From Octopus sinensis (taxonomy: Eukaryota), in contig NC_043017.1 in the NCBI RefSeq assembly GCF_006345805.1, positions 7,936,001 to 8,000,000 of the forward strand: DNA of 64,000 nt, written 5' to 3'. Position numbers and translations under genes: made by a program. Shown one piece after another: positions 37,566 through 50,645 of the stretch. Numbering within the stretch: position 1 is the stretch's first letter; each line of letters opens with the position of its first letter. The notes beneath the pieces are model-generated. The model saw only the letters and a program-made list of their open reading frames with translations, made no database searches and had not been told where the DNA came from.

Positions 37566-38442
37566 CTTACAGTTGTATATAAATATTGTATATCAATAAT
37601 ATATAAGGGTGGTGAAGCAGCAGAAATTATAAAGTGTTAAGCTACATCTTTCTAAACTAAAATCTTGTCTAAGTTCACTTTGCCTTTCATCTCTTCAGGT
37701 TCAATAAAAATAAGTACCAAATATGTACTGGGGATGATTAATCAACTGCCTTACATTTTGAGGCTCTGCTTTAATGTGGGAAATCAGCATTTCATAATAT
37801 CATTTTTAACTTTTTATTTTCACATTTCAGTGATTAGACAGTGGTCATGTGGGAGCAATGCTCTCAAGAGTTTTGACAACATTGAACCCAGTACTTATTT
37901 CGATTTTGTACTTATTTTTAGTATTCTTCATTTATTGGATGATTAGTTGACCATTTAACATAAAGGAATGTAACTTGACACACCTACTTATATCAATAAA
38001 CATAAATACAGGCACACTCACACCCATGTACATATCATTGTGATCATGATCATCATTTTACTCTACTTTTCTATGATGGATCCCACAATATTTCTACACT
38101 GATGCTGTTCTTTCTCATCAGTGACACACAGCAACAGAAAACTAGCTAACTCTATTTGATATGTTGTGTTTTTTTGGCACAGATATTTGTAGTTGGATAC
38201 ACATCCTATCACAAACTATTTCACAACATAGATTGGGTATGTTTCATCATGCCACTGGCTCTAGAAATGCTGTATTTGACAAGGTTAAAGAATCTTCTTT
38301 ATCTTTTTTATACAATAAACAGTTTGTGGATGCCAGATTCTACATTCAAGATATTGGCCAACTCAAGGTGTCACACAATAGAATTAAACCCTGAACTGTG
38401 TGATTGTGAAATAAAATTCTTAATCACTTAGCTGTATCTCCA

Positions 38443-38488
<46 letters not shown>

Positions 38489-38500
38489 ATATATATATAT

Positions 38501-38558
38501 CATCATCATCATCATCATCATCATCGTTTAACGTCCGCTTTCCATGCTAGCATGGGTT
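38501..38558 (-). mobile_element. Extremely 5'-truncated copy of the (GAT)n-tailed retroposon
   Basis: (CAT)n followed by cgtttaacgtccgctttccatgctagcatgggtt, identical to the terminus of copy 3, embedded in (TA)n. Confidence 0.8.
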
Positions 38559-39514
38559 ATATATATATATTCTATTTGTTCATATGTTTGCAGTGTTAGA
38601 AAAAGAAGTTTCACCAATGAAGTAATTCTGTAATCTGTACACTAATTGTCAAAAGTTGCCTGTGGCTAACTCACATCTATTTGGTCACTCTCAATCTATA
38701 TAATATGGTGTTCTCTTCAGTTTGATCTTTTATCTACAATTTAATCCATTGAACTAGTCTGCATGACATCAATACATCTTCTGCACCTCATTTGACATTG
38801 TTGGAAAAATATAGAATTTTTATTTTAATTTCAGTTGTGACTATTGATAAGGTTATTTTTTTGTTTGTGGGTGGGGAGAGGGGGAATAACAAACAAACAA
38901 AAATTTTTTTCTTTAAATGATTTTTCTGTAAAGATGTGGCTTCTTGTTTCTTATTCTCCATGTTTAAGCTAATCTTTGAAATTTGATCACCACTATTTGT
39001 GGTTGTTGTCAAGAATCTGGGTCGAGAAACTGTTTTAAGTTTACATCTTTATAAAATTTGTAAAATTTTACAGTTTTTTTTTATAACTTTTTTTTATTTC
39101 TTTATTTTTTCTTTTGCCAGATCCCCACCAGACTGTCACTAATTTCCTCAGATTTTAGTTTTCATTTTCTCATATCTTTTGATAAGTCTTCAGTGATCAT
39201 AAACGTAAAACCAGCATTGATTAAAGCTTCCCTCATCATTTTCTTTTTTAATGTCCTGGTTATGACGAGGAATGGGGGAGATCTGTACAATCTGAATGTC
39301 ACCGGAAGTTGTAATAGAATTGTTCTCAGTTATTTCTATAAACTGAAACCTATTAGTGGAAACAAACTGTTTTAATACTGAGCCATCACTCATTCATCTG
39401 AGGAGTTCTAATAACTCTTGCATCTCTCTCATTCTTTAAATTCTGTCTCTCTCTTACTCTCTATTTATATATCTATATAAATCTATCTATCTATCTGTCT
39501 GTCTGTTTGTCTGC

Positions 39515-39599
<85 letters not shown>

Positions 39600-42500
39600 C
39601 ACACACTCTTTTTCTTTGTGTGTGTGTGTATAGACATACTTTAAAAAATTCTGTTTTTCTCCCTTACTCTCTCTACTTCTATCTCATTTCTTCTCCCTCT
39701 CATCCTCACTCTTAATGTGTAATAAAATTACATGCTATTCTTTTTTCTTGTTTCTTCATGAAAGATTAACATTGTGTACTCATTAAGAATCATCATCATC
39801 ATCAGCAGCTTCATCATCGTCAATACTAGACCTATCATCCCATTACCATCATGACTACAACCATAGCCACTAAAGCTATCGTCATCATCACAACAGCTAT
39901 CCTTAATAGTCTTTACCACCACCACTAACATCATTATCATTACCATTGCCATAATCATTACTAGTTCTGTCATCATCATCATCATCCCAGTAAACCTTTG
40001 TTAACTGAAGGTAAAAACCTTGTTCTTCTACATCACCAAAGCACACACACACACATACATGCACACACATGCATGTCACCCCCCCACCCCACCCTGCTCA
40101 CACAACCTCCCCTTTATACAGACACATGGAAGACGTGGTTCATAGGCAAAACACAGAGGAAATTCATTGTTGTCTTCAAGTATCTTCACATTCATTGGAA
40201 ACATCATGCATTTCTTATTAGAGACGTCAGCTATTTTTGTGATGTCAATCAATATTTTGCCATGTAGATCAATAACTCGGTGCTAAAAATGGCCAGCTTT
40301 GATTATGGATGTCACTGCTACTCACACTGTATAGACAAAATGGTGTGTGTACATGTACATGTGTGTGTATGTGTACTTGCATGTATGTGCATTTGTGTTT
40401 TGTTGTAGAGTCCCAGTTCAGCCCTGATCCAAGATACTTATATTCGAAAGGTGTTTAAGCTCTGAATGTCTTATCTTTATTCTAAAGGTCTAGTGTTTGT
40501 AGCACTTCATTATACAATGTGTTCTTTGTTGCTGTTATTATTTAGCCCCATGAGGGCAGCAGATTGGCAGAATTTCCAGAGCATCAAACAAAATGCCTTA
40601 CAGTATTTGTTATGACTCTCTACATTCTAGGTTCAATTCTTGCAGAAACTAACTTTGGTTTTGATCTCTTGGGGGCAAGGGGGGGGGGAGTCAATAAAAT
40701 AAAGTACAAATTATGGTGCCATGTAAAAAGCACTCAGTCCACTTTGTAAGGTGGTTGGTGTTTGGCAGGACATTCAATCATAAAACATCTAGGACTAAAA
40801 GTGTTCTAATCATGTGCATACCATCCTTTTATTTTTTCAGATAGCATATATTTGGCAATACATTACCCAATGTGTTTTAATTTTATCTTAAGAGAGTAGG
40901 AAGTGATTTGAGGAAGGTTTTTATCTGATGTTTTGACATAGGTTGAATGACTATATAAAAGTTCTCTGATTAGATAGCTTGAATATTTGTATGGAGGAGA
41001 AATGTTTCACCATGGAACAAGAACAATTCTTAACTACTATGCCAATGATTGCTCCAGAAATCTGTTCCCCCTCATTGCCTTACAATCAACATTATTTACT
41101 CTATTAATTCTTAGGATGAGAATCAATTTTCATTTTAATGTAGTGAAAAAGTGAAAAAAAAAGCAATTTTCTAAATTTAAATACTTCATTGTTTTGTTTT
41201 GTATAAATGTGTGTGTATATATGCATATATATATATATATATATATATAGATAGATAGATAGATACACACACACACACTCATGCTTTTTCTTGTTTGTCG
41301 CATTTATGACAAAACATGCATGTTTTCCTTTTGTGGTTTTTGTGTAAAAATGAAAAATGCTCAACACATATTTGTGTTAGAAGTATGTAGAGATTAGTAC
41401 TGTTGACTAATATCAACTGCACAAAACTTTTAGGTATGAGATGATTTTGTTTATGAACAAATTCTGTGTATGTGTGTGTGTGTGTGTGTGCGTGCACATA
41501 CTTTCATTCATACATATACACCTATGTAGATATAAAATACATTTATTTTTAGCTATCACCTTAAATCCTTTTTCAAACTCTTTTTCTTTTATTTTTTCAA
41601 AAGTGTGAATATGTAAATTGATAGTGTACCTTTCTTTTTGTAAGTGTTGTATGTAAAACCCAATAAGTTCAGATTATATGTGGTATTTAATAATGAACAG
41701 ATCTACTCTTTACCTTTAATATTTGTAATGGAATGAAATTGATATGACTTTCACTTTTTTTTATATACATGTAAAAAATAAGTTAAACTGTTCTATATTT
41801 TATGTGCAATCACACTTAAGCTTTGTAACATTGATTGGACAAAGCAGTGAATCTAAGAAATACAGTGTGCAAGCTTACCCTCTAAGACACATCAAATCAA
41901 CTGTCTTGCTGCTTTATAGGTCAGACCAAGAAGGCAAAGGCTAAGAAATTACACCCTTAGAGAAAAACAAGTTATAGCAGTCAGCTTTAAGGCAGTTTCT
42001 GACAGACTATATTTCTGGTAGCCTTGTGCAGCTGGGAGGATTTACTAACCATTGTGGATCATTTTGTCACTGGACCTAGCTCCTTCACATCAAAGATAGT
42101 GATACTGTGAAATGTGCATTATCAAAGCTACTATTTGGCTTTATTGTGCAATTATCTTTTGCTACAAAGAGGATCTCACTTCTCAGGTTTGGTTGATGCT
42201 GTGGTCAGGTTGTCATGTGCCTCTGCAATGATGAAATAATATTACTTTTATAGATTTTTTTTTTATTCATAAAGACACCTAGTCTGGTATAATCTGTAGC
42301 ATTTGTGACTCTGTGGTTGCCCACACAGTTGTGCCCTCCATTGCCATTGCTCTTAAGCATCAAAGGATCTACAGTTGAAGGAGAAAATGGTCAACACAAA
42401 GTCTTCTATTATAGCCGTAGGCCGACCAAAACTTTCTGAGTAGATTTCATAGATGGAAACTGTGAGACGTTTGTTGTGTGTGTGTGTGCTTGTTTGTCTT

Positions 42501-43251
42501 TGTGTCTATGTTTATCTCCCACCTCCACTTGACAACCAGCATTGGTGTGTTACTGTCCCTTAAATTTGGCAGTTCAGCAAAAGCGACCGATTTTTAAAAA
42601 AAAAAAGATAAATACTTGGGTTGATTCATTTGACAAAAAATTCTTTGAGGCAGTGCCCCAGTATGTGCGCAGTCAGTGAGTGAAACAAGTAAAAGATAAA
42701 AGATATGTCTGTTTGGGTGTGTATAAACTGTTTTGCTGGTGGCATGTGTTTGTGCGTGTGTATGAATTTATGGATAACAAGAAGCAATGATTAGCAGAAC
42801 AAATTGATATTTGTCTAAAAATCTGCTGACTGTGAACAATGAATAGAGTGAAAATATGTTAATAATGCATTATCAATGTTACTGTTACACACATATATGC
42901 ACACATGCAAACATACACACAAACAAATTTCGTGTTATGCCAGAGAACATCTGCAGTAAACATAGATTTACAGCAATCTCTGCTTTGTAATTTCTCTGAT
43001 GACCTTCCTCCAAGATTATATTAGCATTTACTTATTAGATTTTTTTGTTATGTTATTGTTACTACTACTACCACTGCTGCTGCTGGTGCTTTTACTACTG
43101 CTACCACCACTACCACCACCACCTTTTATTTGAAATCAGTATCTTCAATCAATAATCCATTACAAAAAAGATAATCTCCCTTAAATCTACAAGCTGTTGT
43201 GTGTGTATAAGTTTTGTATATATACATGTGTGTGTATAATGAAAGTTTCAT

Positions 43252-43283
<32 letters not shown>

Positions 43284-46200
43284 GTATGTGTTCATTATCC
43301 AACGTTTATTTAAATTATTTACTTCAAATAGAAACCTTAATCAAGAGAACCCTAAAATTAATTTGCTCTATAAAAAATACGTACACATACACACAATGGC
43401 AATTACATACAAGATGAGAAATATTCCACTGAAATCTGAATCTTTCATTAAGTTATTATTTCCAGCTCCAAACAAGGGGAGATGTTCTGCTAAATAGTGT
43501 ATTAGATTTTTTTTCTTCTTTTTCTATTGCCAATAACTTAACTGTGATTGATTTAGAATATGTGGATAAATGACAAAACCATGAGATGATCAAATTATGA
43601 TAAAAGCCTGAAGCATGAGAGTGAGTAAAATTCCTGAGAAGAACTTTTCCCTTTTAGAACTCTTGCCTGCTGGAATTCTAGCTAGTGCTGTCTGCTTGCT
43701 AATGTTATTGATTCCAAGCGAATTCTCTGCATCATTTCTTTGGCTGTGTGAAAGATTTGTCACCATTGAAGTCCATTTGTATAATGTTTGAATAATGAAT
43801 CACTTTTATGGACGTTGATCTGTCATTTGGATGTTGTTCTAATGATTGTCTGTTTATTTAAGAGAACTGTTCTATAGAGTCTCTAGAAATGAAATCCTAT
43901 AATTATAACAATAAGATTTCCACAAAGCAATTTCAATGCTAAAAATCCAAGAAAGCCAGAATGGCAGATTAAGACAAGGTGCAGTAGACAGACATAGAGA
44001 TTGAGTTTCATACCTAAATCTTCGTCTACTGAATCTTATTTTTACTGACATGTATCGAAAGTAATCTCTGACATTTTATGGAACTCTTGCTGTCAACAAC
44101 TGTGTAGTGACAACACCTATGTTCTGGTTGTTATCAGAAGTCTGCTATTAGAACAATTTTACTTAGTAATGAAAAAATATGTTTCTGAGAATTCTTTGGA
44201 AAAGTATTAATAAATTTCCCCAGTTTTATTGAACATTTTTTGAGGATTGTTTAAATAATGTTATTCGTTGCTGAGTCTGCCTTCCTGAGTCACTACTTCT
44301 CAGGATTATGTCAATATATTAAACTATATCCCTATTTCCATTGTCTTTGGTATTTAAATTTGTAAATATAGACGTTTATCATATATGGTAGCAATGTTTT
44401 GATTAGTATTATCACCAGTTGTCTTCAGGGGATTATTTTCGAGCTATGCCAGGGTTTAAACTTGATGCTACTAACTACTAGTCTACTGATTTAACCACTT
44501 GCCTGTTGTGCTATGAAACAAAAGTGTTGTCATTTCAATATACTTGAATATTAGACTAAAGCATTTGTCTCCATTTATAGATAGTGGATTGGTAGAATCA
44601 TTAGAATATTGGACAAAATGCCTTGCAGTATTTAGTTTTGGTATTTTTGCTGAGGTCAACTTTGTCTTTCATCCTTCCATCTAGGGTTGGTAAATTAAAG
44701 TTGATTTGCATTCCTATAATACATCCAAAATGCGAATAGAATTATACAAGAATTATAATCATTATCAATTGGCTGTATTTTTCCTTAGTTGAATTGTTTA
44801 TTCTGATATTTGTTTCTTTGATTATCCATCTCCACCTCCAGGTGGCATAGAAGTCTCTTTTTGCTGAAGTTTAGTGTCAAAGTACGTTAAAATGACAGTG
44901 CTTTTGTTTCTTGGGATGCTGGTTAGAATAACAGATGTAGTTGTTAAATAAAAGTTCCTTGATGAATAACAAGAATACCAACTGAACAATGCATCAGCAT
45001 CTACAAAGTTGAACTTTGAAGATGAAGAAAATAATATGCAATCACCTAAACATCAGGGAGCTTCTATGTGATCATGTAAGCATGCTAGATATAGCAGCTA
45101 AATCTCTGCTTATCACACTATACTGTCTTAAATCAGTAGAGGACACATTGGTTGATGTAATCCTAAACAACTCTTAGAAGATGGACTAGACAATACTTTT
45201 GACATTGGTTTTCTAAATCCTGTCTGGTCTGCTTTTAAACAACAACTGTTCTAAGAATAATACAGACATTCGTTATGGATTTATTTAATATTTATACATG
45301 AATTAATAATGAACAATAATTAAAGAATAATATTTGAATTTGAAGAGAGCAGAAGTGAACCCTCAACTTCTGAACTGCCTTTATGACATTTGTAATATCT
45401 TGGACATTTGTTTTTAGATAAAATGATAAAATATGCTAGCAATCAACTGGAAAGTGAGACAGGTACTCAAGTGAGCAGACAGTGAAATATAAAGAGTATG
45501 CTACAATTAAGAGAGAAGGGCTGGGGAAAAGAAAGTTCAACAACAGAAAAGTGGGGATTAGAGAAATGATATAATAAAACATTTAATATGGTAGGAGAAA
45601 GCATGTCTATCCTGTGAGTGGTAAAGGCGAGAAAATATTATAAAGAGAGAGAGATTTGACAGATAAATAGATATGTGGAGTCAGGAGAGACAAAGAGAAA
45701 TAAATAAACCATGTAACTTTTGTACAGGTACTACACTATTATGTCTTTGTGTGCATGTGTGTATAAATTTGTTGGTTAACTACTGTACTATTACTTCAAG
45801 TTTCATGCTGCAGAAGCTGTTTCCAGATGATATATCGATGAAAAAGTTTAATGCATCCCCCAACACTCACAAGATTAGAAAATACTGGAAAGATACTGTA
45901 ATACAGATTTATCTAACCTATATCAGCCAGCATAGGAAGACAGACATAAAAAAAAAGCTAAGAATAGTGAGGAGCTCTTGTATTAGGATGGAAATAACAT
46001 TTGGAATTTCAGTGACAATGTCTTGTATTTAATGCAATGGATTTCAACTAAAAGATTATCATACTTTATGTGAGAATATTTCTGTGAAACGTTGGTTGGA
46101 ACAGTGGATTTTATGGTTATTGATTCTGAATATTAAAATAAGTTGTTGTATGAACTGACTACTACAAAAACCGTGATGCTATTTGTGTAGTTAACTCATT

Positions 46201-48378
46201 TTGATGCGGACACACACATAATTTGTCAGTAGAGAGAACAATACATTACTTGTGTGAAATTTAGAGTGTAGCAATCACTGAAGTCTTAATAGTAATGTGG
46301 AGGTGAAAGGATCTGTTCTAACTGGGATAAAGACATACATTAAACTCTTTCTTGTCCTTTGTTAAATTTGACTTTTTCCTATTCCTATTGAGATAAAAAC
46401 ACCTGATAGAAATTGCTTCTGACTTTTTAATTGAAATGTGTATGTGTATGTATAATAAATTCTGTGTATTTTAGACTTTGTATGTATTTGAGTGTATCAG
46501 GGTTACATACTGTGTGGTTGAGGGATGTGTTATGGACTTCATGTGTTACATACTTTCTGTGTTGTGAATGTGGTTGATTGTTGTTGTGTTTGTGTGCATT
46601 ACATATGAATCTATGTTTGAGGAGACAAGAGTAATAACTTTTACCTTCTTGAGAATATATGTAAAAATATTTGACCAGCTTCCTCAACAAATCTCACTTA
46701 GAACTTGTAGTAGTCCGCATATTGCCTGGGATTAAGTTTGTATTTAGCAATAGTGGGTGGGAGGATAAAAAAAATCTTTATGATAGATCTTTGCCAGAGA
46801 AATAGAAGCATTACATGAAAAATTAGTTGAAAGTTTTAGTAGAATGATTATGCTGTTTACTTCTTGAAAAAGAAATTAAAAATGAATAGTGTACAGCAAA
46901 GAAAAATGAGAGAAAAAACAAACAAGCAAAACAAAACGAAACAAATATTTGCAGTGCCTTTGTTAAAATAGTCTTCATAGTTAGAGAAGGTAGTGCTTCA
47001 GGATGGATTTAGTTGTAATGACAAAAATGAATTAAAGTTGGAGATGTTAATGTTGTTGTTGTTTAGCCACAGGGCAGTCCTATGGTGAAAGTTATTCCAG
47101 TCCTTTTTAAGGGTACGTGATAAAAGACCATCTTTCAGTTTCAACAGTGAACAACTTCAGTCAACTGAATTACTATCTTGTTGAATGAGAGTATAAGTGG
47201 CTGAGCATTCCTCAGATACATGTAATTCTCAGCATGACACAATCTATGACAAAGCTGCACCTTTGAATGACTAGTACAATCTATCTGATAGGCTTTTTTT
47301 ACTTGCTGGATGTGGAAGAAGGGACAGTAATTATGACCATTGCAGGCCCCTTCTAAGACTAGTGAGATGGATGCCTTTACTATTCTAGTTAAACTGTTGC
47401 AAATATATATATCTACAGAAAAGATATGAGCAGGGAGGAGTTTCCAGAAGGTTGATGTTCTGGGGAGGGAAGACTGGGAAGAGTTGTTAGTGTGATGCCT
47501 AGAGGACTGGATACATCAAAGGTGATGAAAAGTGGAGAGACAAGTGGGTCAGAATTGCAATGGGGAAAAAATTATTGTACATACTATAAATGTTAATGAC
47601 AATATACACAAATGAACAAGAATATAGAAAAAAAAAAGATACTATAAGAGTTTGTAGATAACAAAAGTAATGTATTTGGTTATCTAATGAAGGATTTACA
47701 TTCTCACCTGAAACTTTCATGTTTTTCTCTTCATGTAAGTTTAGTTAGCTACACATATATATGTACTCGTGTCTTTGTATACATATACATGCATATGTGT
47801 GTTATAAGCTATCCAAAAGAATAGGGGAAGGCCACAAGCAAAAACACATCAGATAGAAAACCAGTGATCCAGTTCAAATGCTTATAAAAGCATGAAACTC
47901 TGTTCAAGGCATTCAAGGATAAGGTGTGGTGCCTATATATGCAAATATACATATATATTTTAATAGCATTCCATATTCTCCTTTGCTAAAAATTAGTTGG
48001 ATGGTGGTGCAAATTTTGCTGTTATGTAGGTTCTTTCAGCAATTATTTCTACAGCTGAGTGAGGTTTCTACATATATGAAGCAAGAATAATGTCTATTTT
48101 CAGCAAGGTCAGTTTAGTCCAGTACTACAATATGTCTTGCACAGACAAATAGTCACAGCGAGGTTTGAACAATATGCCATCAGCAGCCCATCAACCTTTC
48201 TACTGGATTATCCATATCTCATATCACCTTACCTTCTTCCATGGCCTTTGTATAAAGAAAGCCTGTTTGCAAGTGTTCACATGAATAATGTTTTGTGCAC
48301 ATTTCTTTGAAGCTTAATTTATGTATGAAGATAAGTTCAAAGCTCTTTGTATATGTAAATGTGCAGACAAGTACATAT

Positions 48379-48412
<34 letters not shown>

Positions 48413-50169
48413 AGCATATTTTCATGTGTGTGTGTAGATATATATTATATTGATTTAGGAGGGTTTCAAGATTTATCTTTAACAGTTTATTCAGTGTACA
48501 CACACACATACAAGGCATGTACATTAATTTGTTGCCTGGTTTTACATTGTCATATGGCCCATGGCCCTTGAGTTTCTTTAACTGAATCCTTTTTGCTGCA
48601 AGCATTGAGACCAGGTTTATGCTCTGAAGATAACTTTCTTCTCCCTATCTGTCATGGAAGCCCTCTGATTAAGTGATAAGAATATGTGTGTATGCATATA
48701 TATATGTGTCTCTGTGCATGCATTCATATGTGTATATATGTATAGACACAAATTTAAGCAATCACGGATCAAAAGAGGACTCAATTGCTTATTTGTTGAA
48801 TGCAGTATGTCTTTGTTTATCATAAGATAAAGATTAGAGTATCAAATTGTACCTCAAAGTTTCACTACTTTGTGACATTACTCATTGTGTCATGGAGTGG
48901 CAAAATCCCAAGTTTTAGTGTGATACAGTAATCTTCAGTTAATAAACACACATACACACACACACACATTCTCATGGCTATACTCAACAGTTTATTGGTC
49001 AATGTTTCATGATTATAGATCTTCATTTATACTAGTAATCACTAATATATTACACAATTCACTCTGAAGAAAAGTTCTTGCTAATACCCTCAATTATTGG
49101 TACATGCCCCAGGCATTTATACTCCATAGTTTATGGAGTAAGCTTTACATTCCATACATCTAATCAATGATTGAAATGAGGAAGATATGTAAAACATTTC
49201 AAATAGTCTCTATTTGTGCTTATATATATATATATACACACACACACATACTTATACTCAGCCCCCCCCCCCCATTATTTCTTAATGGCATGTCAATTCA
49301 AAAGAATTGTTGAAATCCTTGAGATTATCTTTTCTTATTCAGGATTTATCACAGATGCTGCCTTTCTTCAAACCACCAGGGTGATTGTTTTCCTTCTCTT
49401 GAAGTGAAAATAATTTCAATAAATTTTGTATTGTATTTAGTATATCTTTCTCAATCTTTTATTAATTTCTGTTGATTAACCAAAAAGCACCAAAATTACA
49501 GAATGCAATACATAGATGTAAATAATTCCTTAATACATTATAACTACTTTATAAATTTATGGTTCATAATTTCCAATACTCCAAGGTTCCTGTTTCCAAT
49601 CACTAAGCTGGTAATCTGAGCCCATTTTCTCTTGAATTATCTGTTGTTTAAATATATTCTTGACATATTCTATGAGAGTCATCAAGAAAACACACACACA
49701 CACAGAATTCATGCACAGAACTCAATGTGCTTGAGTATTGCTGTCTCTCTCTCACCAATCTTCCTGCTCTCCCCCTCTCTCCTTTGTTTCTCTTATTAGA
49801 TTAAAAAATGAAAAGTACACACATGAACTTACAAATGTATGTGCAGACGGAACACACACACACACACTCACACACACACACATACATACATATGTACATA
49901 TATGAACACAAACACATGCAAATATGAATATACAAAAACATCCACACATACAAACACATGAAGCTCACACATAAGCAACCATACAAGAGGTTGTATGTAA
50001 ACTCATGCACAAACTCACCCCCACCCCTGTTACTGTCCAACTTGCAACAAAAGAGCTTTGTCACTTTGTTAGTGTCTGATTCTTATTCTGTTGAATATTT
50101 TATTCCTAACTGTTTTACACCTATTTTACTATGTTATTGTGAGTGGGTAGTGATGGGTGTGTGGCTTCT

Positions 50170-50645
50170 AGTTGGACCAATTGTTTATACTGTTTTTCCT
50201 ACTGTTATCTACTCAACTGTGAAGTAGAATGTGGAATCTGCTGTTGATACTAACTTTCCCACTGCTTGAAGTAGGGGTGGAACCAACTTGAAGTAGGGGT
50301 GGAACCAACTTGAAGTAGGGGTGGAACCTGCTGTTTATACTGTCCCTTGCACCGCTAACAGCCCAAATGTGAAGTAGGGGTGGAATCTGCTGTTTATATT
50401 TTGTGAAATCGTGTGTTGAAACAGTTTATATTTTCTTTCCCATTATTAACTATTGAACTGTGTCTTTCCCTCTGATAACTTTGAAGTAAGGAGTGAAATG
50501 TGACATTTATACTGTCTTTTGCACTGATCACAACTCAACTGTGAAGTAAGGGTGGAATATGTTGTTTATGCTGTCCTTCCCATTACTAAAAGCTGAACAA
50601 TGAAGTACAGGAGGGAATATGATGTCAGCTTGACACTTCAAAGTA
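50170..50645. repeat. ~60-bp minisatellite with a younger internal 21-bp triplication
   Basis: tgaagtaggggtggaatctgctgtttatactgtc units; (cttgaagtaggggtggaacca)x3 at about 50266-50327. Confidence 0.8.

Noticed and set aside
43590-43770. Short minus-strand ORF (MVTNLSHSQ...ILLTLMLQAFIII) with a hydrophobic end
   Set aside because: Under 60 aa, upstream frames are closed by stops, and there is no splice or homology support.
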